Below, in pieces: positions 54,305-64,000 of a DNA stretch of 64,000 nt (position 1 is the first letter of the stretch; each line of letters starts with the position of its first letter). The translations under genes were made by a program, and so were the position numbers. Source of the stretch: Octopus vulgaris (Eukaryota). Below the pieces are notes generated by a model that was not told the DNA's origin, made no database searches, and was given only the letters and a program-made list of their open reading frames with translations. The stretch is taken from assembly GCA_951406725.2 (NCBI GenBank), contig OX597815.1:12090001-12154000 (forward strand), in the 5' to 3' direction.

Positions 54305-54685
54305 GTGTGTGCGCTTGCACGCTTATGAAAATTAATGTTTGATGTTGCAAGGTTTTAGAAGCACACACATACGCGCATACATAATATGAATGTATACTCT
54401 CAGAAACACGGAAGCATGTACATACATATATACATACCCGCTACATTGCTACACAACCTAATAGACAATTTCAGAAACTGCTAGCTTTCATGAAAATAAC
54501 AAACCATTGTCATCTGGTTCAGTAACAGAAAATCAAATTAACCCAGGTCATATACATTCGCCTGAAAGTCGTTGCAGGTCCATATATTAGGTCGAACAAT
54601 GCAGAATTCAAATTGCGTGTATACATACATACATACATACATACATACATACATACATACATACATACATACATACATACATACA

Positions 54686-54719
<34 letters not shown>

Positions 54720-55465
54720 CATACAAACATACATACATACATACATATATACATACATATATACATGCGTACATACATACATAATGCATACAAATAAACT
54801 GACATGCACGCACACACGCACAATCATAAACAATCATACACATTCACACACACACCGACCCTTACACACACAACCGCAGCACACACACACACACACACAC
54901 ACAAACGTAGACACACATACAGACATACTAACACACATCGCATCGGGTAGTACAGTTTTAGCAGTACTCCAAGTTACTAAATTTCGTAAGATCTATGTTC
55001 TGGAAGCAGAAAACAAGTCGAAACTTTCGTAAGAGAACTCGAAACAAAAATAATTCAATGCGATGTGATATATGAAAACTAGATTAAAAATAAAACAATA
55101 CTTTATCATTTCAAAACAAATATATGTGGAAGCATAAAAATTGCATATCTCTATGTATATATGATTATATATATATATATATATATATATAGCCGAAGGA
55201 TTGAAATTAATCAAAGGACGCATTAAGTATGTGTACCTGCTTGAACTAACATTCAAAACTCTTATTAAATCGCCAAAAATGCACTGATAAAAACTACAGA
55301 AATCAAACGAAGGCAAAATCAGGTTAAGACAATCTACTAACATGTATTTAATTATCTGGACAATGCTATTTTGGGCCTACTATCGCCTGTGTCATTGATT
55401 CTATTATTATCATTTTTAAAATAGTTACATTGGATAATAATAGAATTAATCACACCTTCGTAAAT

Positions 55466-55528
<63 letters not shown>

Positions 55529-55650
55529 ATATATATGATTAAAGTCTTAGTGTGCTAAATTTTTCTCGAGAACAATTCTTAGTGGTTCAGTCCCTTTGCG
55601 GATCTATATCTAGCGTAAGAACGTCCACATAGTGGATTCTCTCTCATATT

Positions 55651-55692
<42 letters not shown>

Positions 55693-55741
55693 TCAATAAT
55701 AATATAGGGTGAAATCAATTAATTTGGGGTAATCAGTGTGT

Positions 55742-55805
<64 letters not shown>

Positions 55806-55807
55806 CC

Positions 55808-56817
55808 TTCATTCTCTTTCTCATTGGCTGCCTGGCTGTTCGGTCACAAAAATCTTTCTTTCTTATGCTGCTTACTGTTGTGTATATCTTTGAGAACCCT
55901 TTATTTTGGCCGCAAGGTCGTATTTTTCTCGTTTTTTATCTTTACACATCGTCTTAAAATACATTTTTACTTTCCTGTGTCCACTCTGTGTCGTTTTATT
56001 CGCTTGGGGATCGATTCTCTGCGTCTCTTGCAGGCACCGCCAAGATGGGAAGCCCCAGAGTCTTATCATTAAAGGTGCGAAACTGAGTATTACCATTCTG
56101 ATCAAAACTTAGCGGTCCTCCGTGTTTTATACGCATACGTTTTTACTTGTTGCTTATTTACAATGGTTTTTTTCACTTATTAGTAACGGTACGTAAGACA
56201 CGCAAACAATAAGTTGATAATAAGTCTACATATATTCTCTGTGACTCTACTCTTTCTCCTTTTGTCTCTCACCATGTTCCTTCTATTTCTAGCCTGCCAA
56301 CTTTCCTTTTCCTCTCCCTTGCCCTCACGCTTGTATTCCTGGCATTTCTCCTCCCGCCTTCCTCTCTTCCCTTATTTTCACTCCACCTTCTCTCTGTTGC
56401 ACTCTCTCCCTTGCTCCTCTGCCTGCTGCTGACACGTGACTCGTGACCAGTTTTTTTTTCATTCATTCTTTCTCACTGGCTATCCCCAGCAGTTCGGTCA
56501 CAAAAACACTTTTCTGTCTTGCTATTTAGTGTTGTCTACATAATTCAGGATCTTTTCTAAGCGTTACGAACCACACCCGTCATTAGGATGCCGTATTTTG
56601 CTCGTTTCGTCTTTATCCATCGTCTTAGATCATTTTACTTTCGTATGTCCACTCTATGTAGTTTTGTTTACTTGAGGGCCAAAACTTTGCGTCCTTCACA
56701 GGCACCGCCAAGATAGGAAACTCCTCAATCTTATCATTAAAGTAACGAAACTGACTATTACCACTCTGTTTGATTGGCATTGTTTCATCTATTAGTAACG
56801 GTACGCAACACATGCCA
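55808..56817 (+). repeat. Two diverged direct copies (55808-56203, 56462-56817) of a ~370 bp repeat
   Basis: Shared blocks cggtcacaaaaa, catcgtctta, tgtccactct, caggcaccgccaagat, tcttatcattaaag, cgaaactga.tattacca, tattagtaacggtacg. Confidence 0.85.
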
Positions 56818-56872
56818 GTACTTATTAACAGTAAGTATATAAATGTATACACACACAAACACAACTATATAG

Positions 56873-56974
<102 letters not shown>

Positions 56975-57045
56975 ATGTGTTAAATAGGATGAGACAACAA
57001 AACCAAGGCAGGGAAATTTCTAGGACATTTATAAAGAGGAGGGTA

Positions 57046-57093
57046 GTTTTACATCTGTTTCAGGGATATAAAATATATCCCATCATCAGAGAC
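57046..57093 (-). ncRNA. Type I hammerhead motif, core intact, one stem I mismatch
   Basis: GUCU CUGAUGA U GGGAUAUA UUU UAUAUCCC U GAAAC AGAU GUA AAAC. Confidence 0.7.
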
Positions 57094-57205
57094 GATATGA
57101 AAGAGTTAACTAGAAGGAAATAATAGATTTCAATATAAGAAGTTATTTTGGGAACGGAGAGATGTAGGAAGTATACAGGGAAACATGAGAATAAGAGTAA
57201 TAATA

Positions 57206-57338
57206 TATTTCTTTATTACCCACAAGGGGCTAAACATAGATTGGACAAACATGGTCAGACAAAGGGATTAAGTCGATTACATCGACCCCAGTGCGTAACT
57301 GGTAGTTTATTTATCGACCCCGAAAAGATGAAACGCAA
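57206..57338 (-). mobile_element. SINE family A 3' fragment nested in the PLE repeat
   Basis: tatttctttattacccacaaggggctaaac..atcgaccccgaaaagatgaaa. Confidence 0.88.
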
Positions 57339-57801
57339 TAATAAAAATGTATGTTGGATATTAAAGTTACTGTTCCATTATCCAAGGAATGTGCAGTGTC
57401 GTATGGGTAAAATGGTGTCTTGTCCATGGTAGGTAAAATCCGATAAGAGTTCATATTTTCTTATCACAAAATTTCATTTGCGCTACAAGATCTCTTCGAA
57501 CGAACAGCACATAGAATTAAAACCTGCACTGAACTCTACTATTTCCTTCATAGCGTCCTGAATCAGCTGTAAGACTACCTTTCTCTTTATAACTGTCCTA
57601 GAAATTTCACACTGCCTTATTTTTGCTGCTTCATTCTAATTAGAATATACACAGTCACAGACGACCCGCGTTAGACTCTTCACTGATACTATTATCAAAA
57701 CAGGAGTCTAACAGTAATCCTGTAGCACTTATAAAGCCTTACCTGCCTTTTGAGTCTTCAGGATACCAAAATCTCTCATATCACACACAAACACACACAC
57801 A

Positions 57802-59011
57802 TAGTATCTCTCAGAAGTATGTACATCCTTAAAAAATTCAGTTAAAGTACCATTACTCTGATAATATCGAGGGAAATCAAACGAAATTTATACTAAATAA
57901 AATATATTATACATGCAAACATCATACAAATTTGGAACAAAAAGCAATAAACATTTTCAGAAATATAAACGAAGTAATAATTTTCAAACATTACACAAAT
58001 ATGTACACACTAATGGAAATTTGCTCGATTTAATATTTTATCCACTTTTATTTTACTAAATTCAGATATTGCTGATAATTTCAATTCTAATAAATTATTT
58101 CTCCTGGCATTTTTGCACCAGTCATTGTTATTGCATATGGAGAAATTCTGATTTGTGTACCGTGGTGAAAATCTACTTCATTGCGATTAAAATGGCACCA
58201 AAAGGAAATGAATTATCTGAAGATTTGAAGAGAATTATTTTTAATTTGCACAAGTATGGTTTAGGATACAAGTTAATTAGCAAACGAATAAATATTAGCG
58301 TAAACATAGTTGCCAATGTAATCTAGAAGTACAAAGCAACTGGTCGGCTAAGCAATAAACATCGTCCAGGTTGTCCTTCTATTTTAACTGTGCGTCATAT
58401 TTGCCGCATCCAATGTCGCGTGATTGACGATATGCCTTGTACCACTTCATCTGTGGCCCAAGAACTGTATTCTGTTAGTGGAAAGAGTGTGTCCGCCCAA
58501 AGAGTTCACCGAAGTTTGAAGAAGTGTAATTTTCATGGGCGCATTCCTCGTAGGAAGCCTATCCTCACTACCCGGTATAAATCAAATCGTCTTCCTTTTG
58601 CCGAAGCCTATGTGAGTAAGTAGATGGAGTTTTAGAATAAAATTCGTTTTGCTGACAGGACTGAAATCAGATTGCTTGGGTCAGATGCTGTTAAAAGAGT
58701 ATTTTGACAAGCAGGTGAAGATAATAGCGACAAATCCATCGTGAAATATGACGGCATAATTGTTTTGTTTTGGGGATGCAAGAGTGTCGTTGGTATGGGA
58801 CAACTCACATTTACTGAGAGAAAAACGGGTTCAAGGCTTTATTGTGTCAATTTACAGAAAGTAATGTTGGAAAGCATCAAGGAACTAGGAAGTCATTCCA
58901 TGATCCAGCATGATAATAATCCTAAACACATTTCAAAGGTGACGATTAAGTTTTTATCAGATAAAAAGATAAATGTATTCCATGCCACCTGATTTAAAAC
59001 CAATAGAACAT
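57802..59011 (+). mobile_element. Tc1-family (DD34E) transposon, transposase pseudogene 58192-59011, 3' end missing
   Basis: MAPKGNELSEDLK..GLGYKLISK; RRKPIL; VLFWGC; QHDNNPKH; PDLKPIEH, with stops and a frameshift; repeated tatgtaca in the left end (57818, 58001) suggests IR/DR type. Confidence 0.92.
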
Positions 59012-59044
59012 CGCCATGTTGAACCACTGAAATCTACAAGTTAC

Positions 59045-59200
59045 ATTCTGTCTATGTTTATTTTCTTTTATTTGTTTCTGTTGAAGAGCGTAGGCTCGAA
59101 ACGTAAAAGATTTTCTCACTTCCCGAGCGTTAAACTAATACATCTGTTTGTTGTTTACACTCCCATCTTTGTCTTTCGTTTTTTTTTTGTACATTCTCAC
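59045..59200 (+). mobile_element. HHR-bearing short repeat (A6>U core change), near the truncated end of the Tc1
   Basis: UUU CUGUUGA A GAGC GUAG GCUC GAAAC GUA AAA; ends in (TA)n; related copy at 61965-62100. Confidence 0.75.
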
Positions 59201-59246
59201 TATATATATACATATCTATCTTTCTTTCTTTCTCTCTCTCTCTCTC

Positions 59247-59286
<40 letters not shown>

Positions 59287-59309
59287 TATCTATACATACA
59301 CATACATAC

Positions 59310-59343
<34 letters not shown>

Positions 59344-59367
59344 ATATACATACACACATACGTACAA

Positions 59368-59402
<35 letters not shown>

Positions 59403-59593
59403 CTTGATATACATATACAGGCACATATATAAATGTTATATGTACACAAATACATATTTGAAATGCGTATAAGTCTAAATAACATACACTTGCACATACA
59501 CATTCACATGTTTATGTCTGGTTTTATATATTATGCATTTTAAAATCAAGTATTTCACTTGCAATATTGTACATATGTGCGTTTGTGACTGTC

Positions 59594-59626
<33 letters not shown>

Positions 59627-60519
59627 ATAATTACTAATATATATTATAACATATTGATATTCAAATTTATAAGCCACGGTTTTCGACTTATATCCCTTGA
59701 GGTGAATCCTTTATTAGCTTCTTGATTTGGAAATCGCATTACTGAACTTACTACGCTGTACCTGCCAAAACAGATTTCTGTAATCATATTTAGTCATGTA
59801 TACAGATTTTAGTCATTGATTGCGGGGGAAATATATAAGCAAATATCTGGTTTATATCTGGTTTATACAAAAATACGTAGTCACACGTTCATTCATTCAC
59901 AGAAGCACATTTTATGTACATCTCCACCACCAAAAGGAAACTTTACAAGGTTGACAAAATTTTCCAATCCAATATCTGTAGCAATTCTCTGCAATCAGAA
60001 GTGGTTCAGTGGAACAGGGAACAAAATCTTATGGATTCCCTTTGAGGTCTGCAGCGTAGAAAATGCGAATGTTTCTTCTACAATTGGACAAAAGAAGTGT
60101 AGCAACACCCCACGTTCATCAGATCACCGAAATGCTACATGTTTTCCACGAAAGAAATAATGATAGCGGTTTACATGTTCCATATAATATCGACTGGTGG
60201 TAGAATAGAGTTGCGTTAAATTTTTCCAGGAATACAGCAATTGATTTCCATGGAGTGAACAAACGCAAATGTGATATGTAGCTGAGGGACACATACATAT
60301 GTAAAAACACAGGTAACGGTAATGAGGAGGCTTGGAAATATATTACATGAATACACGTTAGCGCACGGTAGCAACTATATATGTGTACATACGAAGATCT
60401 GCATAAATCAAAGGAATTCACTTCATTCACAAAATAACTGTGGGGAAGAGGCTTACGTTATGGTTTGTTAGAGAGCAAAATGAATTCTGCCAGGAAAATG
60501 CAAACATCTGAAAGAAGTC

Positions 60520-60522
<3 letters not shown>

Positions 60523-60552
<30 letters not shown>

Positions 60553-60940
60553 TGTATGTATGTATGTATGTATGTATGTATGTATGTATGTATGTTTGTA
60601 TGTATGTATGTATGTATGTATGTATGTTTGTATGTATGTATGTATGTATGTATGTTTGTATGTATGTATGTTTGTATGTATGTATGTATGTATGTATGTA
60701 TGTATGTATGTATGTATGTATGTATGTATGTATGTATGTATGTATGTATGTATGTTTGTATGTATGTATGTATGTATGTATGTATGTATGTATGTATGTA
60801 TGTATGTATGTATGTTTGTATGTTTGTATGTATGTATGTATGTATGTATGTATGTTTGTATGTATGTATGTATGTATGTATGTATGTATGTATGTTTGTA
60901 TGCATGTATGTATGTATGTATGTATGTATGTATGTATGCA
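60523..60940. repeat. (TATG)n microsatellite with TTTG variants
   Basis: Direct reading. Confidence 0.98.
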
Positions 60941-60952
60941 TACATGCATGCA

Positions 60953-61005
<53 letters not shown>

Positions 61006-61034
61006 CATATATATATTTATATATACACACACAC

Positions 61035-61108
<74 letters not shown>

Positions 61109-61121
61109 GTGTGTGTATATC

Positions 61122-61192
61122 GTAAGATATACAGAAAACTGTTTCCAAAACGAAATTTCTCGATTACTATGTTCCTAAACTCATCATTCACC

Positions 61193-61282
<90 letters not shown>

Positions 61283-61633
61283 ATATGTATGTATATATAT
61301 GTACAGATATCCGGTCACATAATACTTACCACTGGTTCTCGCATTGCCCTGTTGTCAAATAAACTGCAAATAATGATCTTCTTATATAATTAAAATGTTG
61401 GATATACACAGTTCTTTATATATTTGTATATTTATCTTTTGATAAAACAAAAGTACTGAATTTTGAAGAAGGATTTGTTTGATGTTCTGTTTATTGAATG
61501 TTTGCTTATGCTTACTTGAAAATGTGATCCGTGTCCATTGTTGACCTTTTGTAGATTTATATGGTGCATGATGATTTTAGGAACATAGTAATCGATAAAT
61601 TTCGTTTTGGAAACAGTTTCCTGTATATTTTAC
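61122..61633. repeat. 79-bp inverted repeat pair (61122-61200, 61555-61633)
   Basis: Few mismatches; each arm has a degenerate atgatga..GAAACAG tt.. CTGTA hammerhead-like pattern. Confidence 0.85.
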
Positions 61634-62100
61634 AATATACATTTTCTTGTAAGACAAGAACTCTATAAGACCAAATAAACAAAAGCAGTTCCAAAATAAA
61701 TGATTGATTGTTTACAGGGCCGTGGTGTTCATAACATTTCTCCAGTTTAATCTCTTGATAAGCGTATATATGCTCGACTGAGCATACCATATACAGCTAA
61801 ACATCATGTAAACAGAGAAATGTGAATTCAACAATTGTTGCCACAAGTAAATATCCTTGCAACTTTTTCGTAGACCAAAAATGATTGGACAATCAAGGCC
61901 CTTTATCTCAAAATAGTGTACCCGACAATTGTCTATCTGTCAATCTATCTTTCTATCTGGTTTCTCTCCTAGTGTCTTTCTGTGTTCCTTTCTGTGGGCT
62001 CGAAACGTTAACGACTTTTTCAATTCCCGAGCGTAATACTAATACATCATTTTTTTTTCTACACCACCTGCCTCCGTCTTTTTTTTTTCATGAATTCTCC

Positions 62101-62193
<93 letters not shown>

Positions 62194-62194
62194 T

Positions 62195-62490
62195 TAGTTG
62201 CGTAGTTGTTAGGGAGATGCACACACCACCGCCAGATCCTGGTTTCATTTCCTGAGCTGGGTGGTACGTTGGTTTCTTCAGTAAAACACTTCATCTCACG
62301 CTGCTCTGCGATCACTTTGACATCTAACGCATGGTAAACAGTGCGCTTGTTCAGACAACGTCGATTTGATAGAGAGATTGAGCTAGTGTGCAGGACGAAC
62401 ATTTGGTCCCTATAAACCAATCACTTGTGCAGGTCATTCGGCAAAATCTGAACACTCATACCACGTCGTCGATGGGAGAGTCCATTGTGT
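62195..62490 (+). mobile_element. Old tRNA-SINE family D
   Basis: ttgcgtagttgttagg (A-box-like), ggtttcatttcc (B-box-like), aaaacacttcatctcacgctgctctg. Confidence 0.6.
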
Positions 62491-62819
62491 ATACATACAT
62501 ACATACATGATGGCTGCCCCCTCGTTATCGAGTATGACCATTGCACGAAGCTTAAGTGTTATTGGTATTGAGATCGAATGTGACTTTTTAGCCCAGCTAA
62601 AGATCTACAATATCTTGTACAGAATTGGCAACTAAAACCTTTACCGGTGCAAGCCGGCTGTATTTGGAACTGGGCTTCATGTACGGCTGTATTCGGAACT
62701 GGGCTTTGCATGTCGTCTAAGTCCTACTGCCGAATTATACTCTCTTCCACATGCTCGACAGATATGATTAGTATGGTGTGTTACACCACCAACAGTGGCC
62801 AGGTTGTCACTCATCTGTC

Positions 62820-63075
62820 TCGTTTTATGACTACGAAGATAACTCTTGAGTCCATCTTTACTGAGGCAGGTTCTTGCACAGACACAGAAAGCGTAACAGC
62901 GAAGCCCTTCCTGACATCCCTCCTTACCTTCTCACGCGCAACTCGAGATTTCTCAAAAGTAGCTATCCCCTTGTGCACAATTCTTCTCCACATGCTACGA
63001 TCAATAGCTCTGTTTTACCATGAGTCAGGAGAGATGCAAGCATCTCTTAAGGAAGCGTTCAGCAAGTCCTTATAA
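62820..63075 (-). mobile_element. RTE (BovB-like) LINE 3' coding fragment
   Basis: YKDLLNASLRDACISPDSW*NRAIDRSMWRRIVHKGIATFE..RK then CARTCLSKDGLKSYLRSH. Confidence 0.85.
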
Positions 63076-63111
63076 ATGCATACATACATACATATATACA
63101 TACATACCTAA

Positions 63112-63182
<71 letters not shown>

Positions 63183-63185
<3 letters not shown>

Positions 63186-63854
63186 AAAGACCATTTACGG
63201 TATATTTGAAGTATTAATTTATAAAAATATGGTAAAGTAAAAGAATTCACTTTACCACACACCGAACTTTTCAGAAATAGCAGCCAATACTTCAAAAATA
63301 CCGTAAATGGTCTTTACATACCGAATACTGCTTGGTCGAATTTATTAACAATTAATTAATTCGACCCCTTTTTTGATAACAATATAATGCTTTCTCTCCA
63401 AGAATTTGAACTGCAGTTTTTACCTCTGTAGAAATGTAATGCTCTATGACTCACGTGGGTGCACAGGGAGAATAATAGATCTCATTCGTATTTTTGGATT
63501 CGCTAGTACTGGGTGTCTGGCATGGTTTGTCCGATGTTACAGATATCGGACGGGTATGTTTAATTCTTAGTATTTTCAAATCTAAATCAGAAGAAATCTC
63601 TGAGCTGATGAAGGAAAAGTGGCGTTTTACCCACAAATCCAGAAACAGACTGTCCTCGGGTATCGTATATGGATGTGATCTTTCATTGTTTTTCCCTTAT
63701 ACCTATGTGAGTTATTTTTCTGAGTATGCATTGTCTGGAGAATTTTATTTGCAGTTGAAGAAATAGCCAAATTTTTGGCTGCTATTTCTGAAAAGTTCGG
63801 TGTGTGGTAAAGTGAATTCTTTTACTTTACCATATTTTTATAAATTAATACTTC
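63183..63854 (+). mobile_element. Young Penelope-like terminal repeat with perfect 80-bp inverted ends, in (TA)n
   Basis: 63208-63287 is the exact reverse complement of 63775-63854; a second 33-bp IR at 63183-63215/63286-63318; intact HHR inside. Confidence 0.8.
63600..63659 (+). ncRNA. Type I hammerhead ribozyme motif, core and stems intact
   Basis: CUGAG CUGAUGA A GGA aaa GUGG..CCAC aaa UCC A GAAAC AGACU GUC CUCGG; predicted cleavage after 63654. Confidence 0.82.
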
Positions 63855-63855
63855 T

Positions 63856-63890
<35 letters not shown>

Positions 63891-64000
63891 ATATATACAT
63901 ATTCACACATATTTATATATATGTATGCATGTATGTATAAATGTTACTATCTAACTGTACATACATACATACATACATACATACATACATACATACATAC

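Larger units (their letters stand above)
56982..57640. mobile_element. Inverted pair of Penelope-like terminal repeats; left copy keeps an HHR
   Basis: The reverse complement of 56982-57125 aligns to 57535-57640, whose HHR core is deleted. Confidence 0.75.

Noticed and set aside
60058-60125. Minus-strand CUGAUGA...GAAAC
   Set aside because: No stem II pairing and no UH triplet
60427-61284. Long YIHT/MYVC/YIYI ORFs here and at 26151-26721, 54519-55032 and elsewhere
   Set aside because: Translations of (TACA)n, (TA)n and (TG)n microsatellites

Overview
AT-rich, microsatellite-saturated eukaryotic non-coding DNA. The repeat repertoire (several tRNA-headed SINE families, R4/Dong, RTE and CR1 LINE fragments, Penelope-like elements, Tc1/mariner, Helitron-type elements) suggests an octopus/cephalopod genome; this is inferred from recalled repeat sequences, not verified. 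No intact protein-coding gene can be supported. Almost all long ORFs are read-throughs of simple repeats or decayed transposon fragments, and only a few weak + strand exon candidates exist. The main hidden signal is a dense population of type I hammerhead ribozyme (HHR) motifs, about 15 in 64 kb. Five keep the unpaired catalytic core: 10395(-), 15608(-), 18990(-), 57046(-) and 63600(+). They sit in Penelope-like terminal repeats, usually arranged as inverted pairs and embedded in (TA)n tracts, and they share an unusual non-Watson-Crick or bulged 10.1/11.1 position. The most striking case is at about 19 kb: a tRNA-derived (Pol III A/B box) head joined to a hammerhead tail, with an inverted partial copy. 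It is a candidate Penelope-mobilised, ribozyme-terminated SINE. All alignments and translations were done by eye, so boundaries of decayed elements are approximate.
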